This document shows, in pieces, positions 19,026 through 28,571 of a stretch of DNA of 64,000 bases. This stretch comes from an uncultured Bacilli bacterium (GTDB taxonomy: Bacteria; Bacillota_I; Bacilli_A; RF39; UBA660), in assembly GCA_947632495.1 (NCBI GenBank), contig CANRPL010000001.1, forward strand, positions 997 through 64,996. Direction: 5' to 3'. Position 1 is the first letter of the stretch. The number at the start of each line of letters is the position of its first letter. The position numbers were made by a program, and so were the translations under genes. Under the pieces are notes generated by a model. It worked only from the letters and a program-made list of their open reading frames with translations, did not search any database and had not been told where the DNA came from.

Positions 19026-21347
19026 ATGGAAGATAATCCAAATATTTATTTAGGACTAAATAAGGAACAAGTTCAAAAACGTATTGATGAAAAGAAAGTC
19101 AATTATGATACAACCGTACCAACTAAAAGTTATCGTCAAATTGTTTGCGATAACATTTTTACGTTGTTTAATATAGTTAATTTAATTTTAGGTATTTTAG
19201 TAATGACGACTGGTTCATTTAAAAATTTAACCTTTTTAGGTGTCGCTATATGTAATACTATTATTAGTATGTTTCAAGAGATGCGTTCTAAACGCGCTAT
19301 TGATAAATTAGCGATTATTTCTAGTACCAAAGTTAATGTTGTCCGTGATGGTATGGATCATTTTATCAGTGTCAATAAAATTGTTTTAGATGATATTATT
19401 AAGTATAAATTAGGTAGTCAAGTCGTTGTCGATTGTGTTATTTTAGATGGTGCCGTTGAAGTAGATGAATCCTTTATCACTGGCGAATCGGATTCAATAT
19501 ACCGCCAAAAAGGGGATAAATTGTTATCTGGTAGTTTTATTGTCAGTGGTAATTGTACAGTTCGTGTTACTAGTGTCGGTGATGATAATTATACGAATAA
19601 AATATCGAAAGAAGCTAAATATTTAAAACGTGCCAAATCAGAGATTATGTATACCTTAAATAAGTTTATTAAATTTATTTCAATTGTCATCATTCCTTTA
19701 GGTATTCTTCTTTTCTTAAAACAATTACATGTTGAAGGAGCTACAGTTGATAGCGCTATTATAAGTACTGTAGCAGCTTTAATCGGAACTATTCCTGAAG
19801 GTTTAATTCTTCTTACAAGTACGGTTCTAGCTATTTCTGCTTTACGTTTAGCACGTAAAAATATTTTAGTTCAAGAATTATATTGTATTGAAAATTTAGC
19901 TCGCGTCGATACGATATGTCTTGATAAGACAGGTACGCTTACTAGTGGTAAATTAAAAGTTGTGAAAGTTATTCCTTTAATTGATTATGATGTTAAGCAT
20001 ATTATGGGTAATATTAGTAAGTATATGACTGATGGTAATAGTACTTCTAATGCTCTTAATGAATATTTTAAACCATTAGATGATATGAAATTAGTAAATA
20101 AAGTAGCTTTTTCATCACGTGAAAAAAAGGCTATATATGAATTTAGTAATAGTACTTATGTTATTGGAGCTCCCGAATTTATTAATTATCAGGGTTATAT
20201 TCCTGAATTAAGTAGCTATGTCGAAGATTATCGTGTTTTACTTTTAGCTTCTAATAAGGAACATATTGTCGATAATCATGTTAGTTCACCATTTAATCCC
20301 GTGGCTTTAATTTTATTAGAAGATCATATTCGACCTGGCGCTACTAAAACTTTAAAATATTTAAAAGATGAAGATGTTGATATCAAAATTATTTCTGGGG
20401 ATAATCCTAAAACTGTTGCTTCCATAGCTTCGAAAGTAGGGTTAGATAATATTCGGGTTTTTGATATGCAAAAAGTTGATGAGACAACAGATTTGTTGAA
20501 GGTCGTTGAAGAATATAATATCTTTGGTCGTGTAACACCTAGTGGTAAAAAAGATTTAGTCATTGCTTTAAAAGCTAATGGTCATAAAGTAGCGATGACC
20601 GGAGATGGCGTCAACGATGTTTTATCCTTAAAAGAAGCTGATTGTAGTATTACTGTTGCTAGTGGTAGTGATGCTGCCCGCAATATTAGTCAGATTGTCT
20701 TATTAGACTCTGATTTTAAAGAAGTACCAGCTATTGTTAAAGAGGGAAGAAGGACAATTAATAATTTGGAACGTTCGGCTTCATTATTCTTAACTAAGAC
20801 GACATATGCTTTAATTTTAGCTATCATTTTTGTTTTTCTAAATAGTGATTATCCTTTTATTCCAATTCAATTAACTTTACTTGGTGTTTTAACAATAGGT
20901 ATTCCATCTTTTGTTTTAGCTTTAGAGCCTAATCATAATCGTGTTAAAGGACGTTTTATTATCAATATTATTCGCAAGTCTTTACCGGCAGCTTTAACAA
21001 TTGTTGTCAATATTGTAGGCATTATGATTATATCTAGTATTATGGGCTTTAAAGGTGATTACGTTTCAACCATGGCTGTTCTTTTAGTAGCATTTACAGG
21101 ATTTGTATTATTATTCAAAGTATGTTATCCTTTTAACTATCTACGTGGAGTTTTATTTGGAACATTAATTGGTGTCTTTATTGGTAGTGTTATTGGATTA
21201 AAATCGCTATTTGAATTAGTTATGCTAACACCACTTCAATTTGTGTTCATTCTCCTTCTTTTCGCCCTTGATATCGGTCTATTTGATCTATTAACGATAT
21301 TATGTGAAAAGAAAATATTTAAATATGAAGAGAGGATTATAAAATGA
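19026..21347 (+). CDS. Cation-transporting P-type ATPase (P2-type, Ca2+/Mg2+-like)
   Basis: DKTGTLT phosphorylation motif, PEGL in M4 (P2 type, no CPC), the GDGVNDVLSLKEAD hinge motif, and about 10 TM helices. ATG 19026 (MEDNPN...) is in frame with ORF 18945. Confidence 0.85.
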   Translation: MEDNPNIYLGLNKEQVQKRIDEKKVNYDTTVPTKSYRQIVCDNIFTLFNIVNLILGILVMTTGSFKNLTFLGVAICNTIISMFQEMRSKRAIDKLAIISSTKVNVVRDGMDHFISVNKIVLDDIIKYKLGSQVVVDCVILDGAVEVDESFITGESDSIYRQKGDKLLSGSFIVSGNCTVRVTSVGDDNYTNKISKEAKYLKRAKSEIMYTLNKFIKFISIVIIPLGILLFLKQLHVEGATVDSAIISTVAALIGTIPEGLILLTSTVLAISALRLARKNILVQELYCIENLARVDTICLDKTGTLTSGKLKVVKVIPLIDYDVKHIMGNISKYMTDGNSTSNALNEYFKPLDDMKLVNKVAFSSREKKAIYEFSNSTYVIGAPEFINYQGYIPELSSYVEDYRVLLLASNKEHIVDNHVSSPFNPVALILLEDHIRPGATKTLKYLKDEDVDIKIISGDNPKTVASIASKVGLDNIRVFDMQKVDETTDLLKVVEEYNIFGRVTPSGKKDLVIALKANGHKVAMTGDGVNDVLSLKEADCSITVASGSDAARNISQIVLLDSDFKEVPAIVKEGRRTINNLERSASLFLTKTTYALILAIIFVFLNSDYPFIPIQLTLLGVLTIGIPSFVLALEPNHNRVKGRFIINIIRKSLPAALTIVVNIVGIMIISSIMGFKGDYVSTMAVLLVAFTGFVLLFKVCYPFNYLRGVLFGTLIGVFIGSVIGLKSLFELVMLTPLQFVFILLLFALDIGLFDLLTILCEKKIFKYEERIIK

Positions 21348-22102
21348 TAGCAGTGTTATTAACTCTTGCCGTTGGCCTATTTATTTTAATTGGTTCTTTT
21401 TTAGGAAACTATTTAAAAGAAAACAAGAAATTTATTGATGTTGCCATCGGTTTAGCTTTTGGTGTCATGGTAGCTTTAATTTTACTAGATATTTTGCCAG
21501 AAACGATTCAACTGTTGATGGGTGAAGCTAAATATATTGGCCTTATTATCTTGTTTATCGCAGCTTTAATTGGCTTTTTAGGCTTACGTTTACTAGACAG
21601 TTTTATTCCGCATCATGCTCATGAAGCCTTACATCATCATAAACATAAAAATGATCAGTGTCATAATGATCATTTGGAGCATGTTGGTATTTTAGCGACT
21701 ATTGCGATTGTCATCCATAATATAATTGAGGGAATGACTTTATATGTGACAGCAACCCAAGATACCAAAGCGGGCATTTTACTATGTATCGCTATTGGAC
21801 TTCATAATATTCCTTTAGGTATCGTCATTTCTAGTACATTACAAAAGAAAAAAGAATTACTTATCAATAGTACCATTTTATCTTTATCTAGCTTTGTTGG
21901 CGGCCTAGCAATGTTCTTATTAAGTAATTTGATATCTGATATGTTAGTAGGTATTTTATTATCTTTAACACTTGGTATGATGATTTATATTACCTTGGCT
22001 GAATTATTACCACAAATTATTTTTAATCATGATAAAAAAGACAGTTTTCTAGGAATGGCTTTAGGTGTTGTTCTATTACTGTTAAGTATTTTTTTAGGAT
22101 AG
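21344..22102 (+). CDS. ZIP-family metal (zinc) transporter, ZupT-like
   Basis: A His-rich loop HHAHEALHHHKHKNDQCHNDHLEH and conserved HNIIEGMTLYV / GLHNIPLGIV motifs. Its start overlaps the ATPase stop (ATGA), with a GAAGAGAGGA RBS. Confidence 0.8.
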   Translation: MIAVLLTLAVGLFILIGSFLGNYLKENKKFIDVAIGLAFGVMVALILLDILPETIQLLMGEAKYIGLIILFIAALIGFLGLRLLDSFIPHHAHEALHHHKHKNDQCHNDHLEHVGILATIAIVIHNIIEGMTLYVTATQDTKAGILLCIAIGLHNIPLGIVISSTLQKKKELLINSTILSLSSFVGGLAMFLLSNLISDMLVGILLSLTLGMMIYITLAELLPQIIFNHDKKDSFLGMALGVVLLLLSIFLG

Positions 22103-22162
22103 TTATTATCCTTTTTTATTGCTTCGAACAACTGTTCTTGTTATAATAAAGATGGTGGTCAT

Positions 22163-23371
22163 ATGAAAAGAATTATTATGCATGTTGATGTTAATAATGC
22201 TTTCTTATCATGGACAGCAGTTAAATTATTAAATAATGGTTATGATTGTGATATAAGACTTAAAGAAGCTGTCATTGGTGGTGATGAAAGTTCCCGTCAT
22301 GGTATCGTTTTAGCTAAATCTCCAGTAGCGAAGAAAAGGGGCGTTAAAACGGCCGAAACGTTAATGAGTGCTAGAAGAAAATGTCACCATCTAGAAATAT
22401 TTCCACCTGATTATCATTGGTATCAAGAAATGTCTAATAAAATGTTTGACTTAATTCGTAAATATACACCAGATATTGAAATAATATCGATTGATGAATG
22501 TTTTATCGATTATACCAAAGTTCAAAATTTATATGGTGATCCTATTAAGTTTGCCTATAAGATTAAAGATGAAATATATGAGACTTTAGGTTTTACTGTC
22601 AATGTCGGTATTGCCAATAATAAGTTATGCGCTAAAATGGCTTCTGATTTTACGAAACCTAATAAGGTTCATACCTTATTTATGGAGGAAATTGAAGAAA
22701 AGATGTTTCCTTTAGATGTTGGTGACTTATATGGTGTAGGTAGAAAGACAACAGATAAACTTCATCAATTAAATATTGATACTATAGCTACTTTGGCACA
22801 TACGGATGTCAATTATCTATATAAGTATTTTAAAAATCAAGCTCAAGTATTAGTGGATAAAGCTAATGGGATTGATGATAGTGAAGTTATTTCTAAAGCT
22901 GAAGAACGTAAGGGTATTAGTAATTCTGTAACCTTTAGTTATAATTTAACAAAAATGAGTGATATTATAAATAAGCTTTCTGCTTTAATTGAAAATGTCG
23001 CAATAGCGTTACGTAAAGAAGAAAAGTATGCTAAAGTTGTCGGTGTAACTTTAAGAGATAAAAACTTTCATAATAAAAGCCATCAACGTAAATTTAAGAC
23101 CGCTACCAATAATACAGATGAAATATTAAAAGTTGCTAAAGAATTAGTTTATGAGATGTGGGATGAAGAACCAATTCGTTTAATTGGTGTAAGTTTATCT
23201 GGCCTAACAAGTAGTGTTCAACATCAAATCTCTCTTTTTGAAGATGTCAAAGAAAAAGAGACAAGCTCTAATTTAGATAAAGTCATCGATAATTTAAAGC
23301 TTCAATACGGTTCTAAAATTATCCATAAAGCTTCCTTAAAGGATGCAAATATTAAGAAAAAGTACAATTAA
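22163..23371 (+). CDS. dinB: DNA polymerase IV (Y-family translesion polymerase)
   Basis: IIMHVDVNNAFLSW, SIDECFIDYT and LYGVGRKTTDKL match the DinB/UmuC family over its full length. Confidence 0.85.
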   Translation: MKRIIMHVDVNNAFLSWTAVKLLNNGYDCDIRLKEAVIGGDESSRHGIVLAKSPVAKKRGVKTAETLMSARRKCHHLEIFPPDYHWYQEMSNKMFDLIRKYTPDIEIISIDECFIDYTKVQNLYGDPIKFAYKIKDEIYETLGFTVNVGIANNKLCAKMASDFTKPNKVHTLFMEEIEEKMFPLDVGDLYGVGRKTTDKLHQLNIDTIATLAHTDVNYLYKYFKNQAQVLVDKANGIDDSEVISKAEERKGISNSVTFSYNLTKMSDIINKLSALIENVAIALRKEEKYAKVVGVTLRDKNFHNKSHQRKFKTATNNTDEILKVAKELVYEMWDEEPIRLIGVSLSGLTSSVQHQISLFEDVKEKETSSNLDKVIDNLKLQYGSKIIHKASLKDANIKKKYN

Positions 23372-23421
23372 TTGTTGAATATGCGGGCCATAAATAGTAT
23401 AATAAGTCTAGGTGACTGGTT

Positions 23422-23784
23422 ATGGAATGGATTTGGTTAGGCGTAATATTATCACTTATTTTAATTGAACTAATATCTATGAATTTTTCGGCCATATGGT
23501 TTGTCGTAAGTAGTATTGTCAGTTTTATTCTACTTAAAAAGGGTATTAGTTATTATGGACAAGTCGCAGCCTTTTTACTTATTGGCTTATTCCTTGTAAT
23601 TGTAATAAGACCTTTAATTATCGATAAGTTATTAAACTTACGTAATAAATGTATTTCAGCTGTAACTAGTAAATATCCTTTTACCATTCATCTGATACCT
23701 AAAGATGTTAGACCTAAGTTAGAAGAAAAAAAAGATAAGAATAAAAAAAGTAGTAAAGCAAAGAAGAAAGCCCGTAAAAAGTAA
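23422..23784 (+). CDS. Small membrane protein with a lysine-rich C-terminal tail
   Basis: Three hydrophobic helices followed by KKDKNKKSSKAKKKARKK. Confidence 0.5.
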   Translation: MEWIWLGVILSLILIELISMNFSAIWFVVSSIVSFILLKKGISYYGQVAAFLLIGLFLVIVIRPLIIDKLLNLRNKCISAVTSKYPFTIHLIPKDVRPKLEEKKDKNKKSSKAKKKARKK

Positions 23785-23828
23785 GAATTTCTTCTTTTTT
23801 TATGATATAATATTGGTACGGTGATTTT

Positions 23829-24554
23829 ATGCAAATAAAAGCTAAAGATGTTAATATTAATTATGTAAGATATGGAACTGGTGATAAGACCATTGTCTTT
23901 TTACATGGTTGGGGTCAAAACATTGCGATGATGCAACCTTTAGCGGATCCCTTTAGTGATGAATTTGATATATTAATTATTGATATTCCCGGTTATGGAC
24001 TTAGTGATGAACCACCTTATCCATGGACTTGTTATGATTATGTCGAGTGTCTAAAAGAAATTATTGATGCTTTAAATATCGTTAAACCTATTTTGATAGG
24101 GCACTCTTTTGGTGGTAAAATTAGTTTGTTATATGCTAGTAAATATGAAGTTGATAAATTAGTCTTATTAGCTAGTCCTTTTAAAAAAGAAGTCAAAGAA
24201 CTTTCTTTCAAAGTTAAGACTTTAAAACAATTGAAAAAGATACCTGGTTTAAATAAATTAGAAGGCTTTGCAAAAAAACATATCGGTTCTGAAGACTATC
24301 GTAAAGCAAGTGATACAATGCGTAAGGTTCTTGTGGAAACGGTTAATTTAGATATTACTGATGAAGTCAAAAAAATCAAGTGTCCTACTTTAATTATATG
24401 GGGAACAAAAGATGAGGCAGTTCCTGTAGAACGTGCTTATGAATTAGAAAAATTAATTCCTGATGCTGGTGTAGTTATCTATGATAATTGTACACACTAT
24501 GCTTATTTAGAACGCCTTCAACAGACGATAAATGTTTTATGGAATTTCTTATAG
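23829..24554 (+). CDS. Alpha/beta-fold hydrolase
   Basis: HGWG oxyanion motif and GHSFGG nucleophile elbow. Confidence 0.75.
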   Translation: MQIKAKDVNINYVRYGTGDKTIVFLHGWGQNIAMMQPLADPFSDEFDILIIDIPGYGLSDEPPYPWTCYDYVECLKEIIDALNIVKPILIGHSFGGKISLLYASKYEVDKLVLLASPFKKEVKELSFKVKTLKQLKKIPGLNKLEGFAKKHIGSEDYRKASDTMRKVLVETVNLDITDEVKKIKCPTLIIWGTKDEAVPVERAYELEKLIPDAGVVIYDNCTHYAYLERLQQTINVLWNFL

Positions 24555-24563
24555 GAGGGAAAA

Positions 24564-26156
24564 ATGGTTATATTTGGATGCTCTTTAGTCCTTTTATTGA
24601 TTTATCTTTTGTATAAATCAAAGCGAGCTTTACAAATGCTTCAACAAAATTATTATGATGAATCCCATCGCTATCTTTTGTGGTTAGCTAAAAATTTTAA
24701 AAAAGTTTTCCTTAATCTCGATATCATTTGTCTTCTTTTTATTATCTTTTTTTATATCGATGTTGAGGTTCAGTATATTATTGGTATTTTTTCCTTACTA
24801 TATATTATTTTATGGTATATTTATTACCATCAGGAAAAGAAAATTACGACTAAAATACCACTTAAGTTTACGGCTCGTATTAAAAGACTCTATCTAACAG
24901 AGATAATTCTTTATCTTATTATTAGTGTAGTAATGATTTTAAATTATGTTCCAGCGCTAGTACCTCTTTACTATCTAATGTTAGGACTTCTTGTTTACTT
25001 TGATTATCTTGTCGTTTTGATAATTAATTATCTTAACTGGCCCGTTGAAAAACTCGTCTATTGGCATTATAAGAAAGAAGCTACTAAAAAATTAGCGATG
25101 ATGAAGATACCAGTCATTGGTATTACTGGTAGTTATGGTAAAACAAGTTGTAAGAATATTATTAATGATATATTAAGTGTTAAATATAATCCTTTCGCTA
25201 CACCTAAAAATTTTAACACTACGTATGGTTTAATCAACTCCATTAATAATTATCTTGATCGTTATAGTGATCTTTTTATCGCAGAAATGGGAGCCTTTAA
25301 AGTTGGTGAAATTAAAAAGACGTGTGATTTAATGCATCCTAAATATGGTATTTTAACTACGATTGGGGAAGCTCATTTAGAAAGCTTTGGTAGTCGTAAA
25401 AATATTCAAAAGGGAAAATTTGAATTAATTGAATCATTACCTAATGATGGTCTTGGTATTTTAAATGGTGATGATAAATGGCAGACGGATTATGACTTAA
25501 AGAATAAAAAGTGTCATCTTTTATGGATTGGTATTGATAATCCTAATGTTGACGCTAGAGCTTTAAATATAAAACTATCTAGTTCGGGGATGACTTTTGA
25601 TGTTTCCTTTAAAGGTGATGATAAACTTTATCCTTTCCAGAGCCGTTTATTAGGACGTCATAATGTTTACAATTTATTAACAGGAATCTTATTAGGTCAT
25701 GAATTAGGTATGAGCTATGAAGAATTGAGAAGAGGAGTTGCGATGATTCATCAAATTGAACATCGCCTTGAACTTAAAAAAGTCGTTGGTTTAAATATTA
25801 TTGATGATGCTTATAATTCTAATCCTGTTGGTTCTAAAAGAGCATTAGAAGTTTTAAGCATGATGCCTGGTACGAAAGTGGTTGTTACGCCTGGTATGGT
25901 GGAATTAGGATCTAAACAATATCAATATAATAAAAATTTTGGTACCCAAATAGCTGAAGTAAGTGATTATGTTATTTTAGTTGGTAAAGAACAAACAAAG
26001 CCAATCAAAGATGGCTTATTAGAAAAGAAGTATCGAGAGGACAATATTTATATCATTAATGATGTTAAGGATGCCTTTAAAATATTAAAACGTATAGATG
26101 ATGGTAATGTATATGTTCTTTTAGAAAATGATTTACCGGATTTATTTAATGAATAG
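24564..26156 (+). CDS. murF: UDP-MurNAc-tripeptide--D-Ala-D-Ala ligase (MurF) with an N-terminal polytopic membrane extension
   Basis: GGAGGG RBS. The first ~170 aa are 4-5 predicted TM helices. The GITGSYGKTS P-loop sits at about residue 190 instead of about 100, and the MurF-specific DDAYNSNP motif and Mur ligase C-domain are present. Confidence 0.75.
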   Translation: MVIFGCSLVLLLIYLLYKSKRALQMLQQNYYDESHRYLLWLAKNFKKVFLNLDIICLLFIIFFYIDVEVQYIIGIFSLLYIILWYIYYHQEKKITTKIPLKFTARIKRLYLTEIILYLIISVVMILNYVPALVPLYYLMLGLLVYFDYLVVLIINYLNWPVEKLVYWHYKKEATKKLAMMKIPVIGITGSYGKTSCKNIINDILSVKYNPFATPKNFNTTYGLINSINNYLDRYSDLFIAEMGAFKVGEIKKTCDLMHPKYGILTTIGEAHLESFGSRKNIQKGKFELIESLPNDGLGILNGDDKWQTDYDLKNKKCHLLWIGIDNPNVDARALNIKLSSSGMTFDVSFKGDDKLYPFQSRLLGRHNVYNLLTGILLGHELGMSYEELRRGVAMIHQIEHRLELKKVVGLNIIDDAYNSNPVGSKRALEVLSMMPGTKVVVTPGMVELGSKQYQYNKNFGTQIAEVSDYVILVGKEQTKPIKDGLLEKKYREDNIYIINDVKDAFKILKRIDDGNVYVLLENDLPDLFNE

Positions 26157-26167
26157 GAGTGAGATAG

Positions 26168-27364
26168 ATGAAATTAAAAGTTGGTGTTATTTTTGGTGGA
26201 GAGACTGTTGAACATGAAGTAAGTATTATTTCTGCTGTTCAAGCTATGGAGCATATTGATCAAAATAAATATGAAGTTGTACCTATTTATATCAGTAAAG
26301 ATCGCATTTGGTACACGGGTAAAATGTTGATGGATATTGATGTCTTTCGCAATTTTGACGATTTAAAAAAATACGCTAAAAAATGTATGCTTGTTAAAAA
26401 AGGTGATATGTTCTATTTACAAAGTACTACAGGTTTATTTAGAAGAGAGATAACAAATATTGATGTTGCTTTTCCAATCGTTCATGGCAATAATGTTGAA
26501 GATGGTACTTTAGCTGGTCTACTTGATAGTATTGGTATCCCTTATGTTGGTAGTGGTGTTTTAGGTAGTGCTTTAGGTCAAGATAAAGTTGTCATGAAAC
26601 AGGTTTTTAAATCAATGGATTTACCAGTTGTAGATTATATATGGTTTTATGATTCGGATTTTGCCGAGACACCAGATGATATTATCAGTAATATTGAAAA
26701 TCTTGGTTATCCTGTCATTGTTAAACCTGCTAAATTAGGTAGTAGTGTCGGTATCACTTATGTTAAAGAACATAAAGATATTCGCAAAGCGGTTGAAGAC
26801 GCTATTCAATATGATAATAAGATTATTGTTGAAAAAGCCGTAAGTAATTTAACGGAAGTTAACTGCTCTGTTTTAGGAAATTATGCTTATCAACAGACAA
26901 GTGCGATTGAAGAGGTTAAAGGTAAGACGGATTTCTTAACATATCAAGATAAATATTTAGGTAATAGTAAAACTAAAGGTGGAAAAATTAATGGTATTAA
27001 GAGTAAAGGAATGGCTAGTGCCAGTAGAATAATTCCGGCTCGTATATCATCACAGACCGAGGAAAAGATTCGTTATATGGCTAGTGAAGCTTTTAAAGCC
27101 TTAAACTTAAGCGGTGTATGTCGTATTGATTTCTTAATTGATAAAGATACACATAAGGCCTATATTAATGAACCTAATACTATTCCTGGTTCTTTAGCCT
27201 TCTATTTATGGGAACCAACTGGTAAGAGTTATACAGAATTATTAGATGAGTTAATTACGCTCGCTATAAAGGATTATAAAGCACGTCATAAGAAGATATA
27301 TTCATTTGAAACCAATATTTTAAATGGATATGCTAATGGTGTTAAAGGAAAGCTTAAAAAATAA
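26168..27364 (+). CDS. ddl: D-alanine--D-alanine ligase
   Basis: N-terminal KVGVIFGGETVEHEVSIISA, an ATP-grasp fold, and C-terminal EPNTIPGSLAFYLW. At 398 aa it is longer than typical because of an approximately 20-aa insertion (NSKTKGGKINGIKSKGMASASR) in the omega-loop region. Confidence 0.8.
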   Translation: MKLKVGVIFGGETVEHEVSIISAVQAMEHIDQNKYEVVPIYISKDRIWYTGKMLMDIDVFRNFDDLKKYAKKCMLVKKGDMFYLQSTTGLFRREITNIDVAFPIVHGNNVEDGTLAGLLDSIGIPYVGSGVLGSALGQDKVVMKQVFKSMDLPVVDYIWFYDSDFAETPDDIISNIENLGYPVIVKPAKLGSSVGITYVKEHKDIRKAVEDAIQYDNKIIVEKAVSNLTEVNCSVLGNYAYQQTSAIEEVKGKTDFLTYQDKYLGNSKTKGGKINGIKSKGMASASRIIPARISSQTEEKIRYMASEAFKALNLSGVCRIDFLIDKDTHKAYINEPNTIPGSLAFYLWEPTGKSYTELLDELITLAIKDYKARHKKIYSFETNILNGYANGVKGKLKK

Positions 27365-27378
27365 TTAAGCTTTTTTTG
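27350..27378 (+). terminator. Rho-independent terminator after ddl
   Basis: Stem AAGCTTAA-aaaataa-TTAAGCTT followed by a T-run, with the stop codon in the loop. Confidence 0.55.
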
Positions 27379-27418
27379 TATATTGTGGTATAATAGTACC
27401 ACTTAAAGGGGGTGTTGT

Positions 27419-28489
27419 ATGCCAAAAGTATCAATTATTATACCTTTCTATAACGTTGAAAAATATATAAGTGATTGCTTAAATAGTGTCTTCAATCAAA
27501 CATATAATAATATTGAAGTTATTATTATTGATGATGCTTCTACTGATAAATCAGTAGCGATCGTTAAAAGTTTTATGCAAGCTAATTATGACGTTACTCT
27601 TTTACAAAGTGAAGAACATCATGGTATCGGATATAATCGTAATCTCGGCCTTTCTTTAGCTACCGGTGATTATATTGCCTTCGTTGATGCCGATGACATT
27701 ATTCGACCAGATATGATTGAAAAATTAATGGCGGCAATTAAAGGAAACAACGTTGATATTGCGATGTGTCGCCATCAATCTTTTGTTGGAGAACCACGTC
27801 GACAACGATTTAAAGAAGTAAGCCCACGTATAATTGATTTGGCTGAAGAATCTGATTTTTTATATCAGATAGGTGGCCATGTATGGAATAAACTATGTAA
27901 AAGAGAATTATTTGATAACTTAAAATTTCCTGAAGGTATCGATTATGAAGACATTGCTGTAACATATCCCATATTAATTAGAACCCAAAAGATAGCCTAT
28001 ATAGATGAACCATTATATTGTTATCGTCGTAATATTAATGGCATAACTTTGTCGGTTAAAAGAATTCCCAATAGGGGAGTAATTGATTTATATTATTCTA
28101 CTCTTAAATTAGAACAAAATTATTGTTTAATTAGACAAAGTAATCACTTTGATAATCATATTCGTAATCTAGCTCATAGTTTTATGTATTTATCGGCTTT
28201 AAATGCCGTGTGTTGGTTACAAGTACCAGTTCGACTTCATAGCCAAATAGTTAGTAATTTGATGTATTTAGCCGATCAACATTATGGCGTAACTAATCAT
28301 TTTAAAAATCCGAGAGTAAGAAGAAGACTTATGAGTATTCCTTATTTAGGAGTCGCTCTTATTGGGGAAATCTTAAAGCGTAATCCAAATATTGAATCTT
28401 TGAGTGATGAACAAGTAATCAATCATGTTATTCAGTTAATTGAAGAATATAATAGTAGTCAGAAAGAGAAGGTAAAGAAAAAGCTTTAA
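27419..28489 (+). CDS. Family 2 glycosyltransferase
   Basis: SIIIPFYNVEKYISDCLNSVFNQTY...IIDDASTD and a DAD motif (FVDADD). An extended -10 TGGTATAAT lies upstream. Confidence 0.8.
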   Translation: MPKVSIIIPFYNVEKYISDCLNSVFNQTYNNIEVIIIDDASTDKSVAIVKSFMQANYDVTLLQSEEHHGIGYNRNLGLSLATGDYIAFVDADDIIRPDMIEKLMAAIKGNNVDIAMCRHQSFVGEPRRQRFKEVSPRIIDLAEESDFLYQIGGHVWNKLCKRELFDNLKFPEGIDYEDIAVTYPILIRTQKIAYIDEPLYCYRRNINGITLSVKRIPNRGVIDLYYSTLKLEQNYCLIRQSNHFDNHIRNLAHSFMYLSALNAVCWLQVPVRLHSQIVSNLMYLADQHYGVTNHFKNPRVRRRLMSIPYLGVALIGEILKRNPNIESLSDEQVINHVIQLIEEYNSSQKEKVKKKL

Positions 28490-28571
28490 CTTCTTTTTTT
28501 GTCAAAATAGTGTCAACCGTTTTTGACGTTATACTATAAGGATGTTATAATGATAAAAAGGTAGGGGAAAT

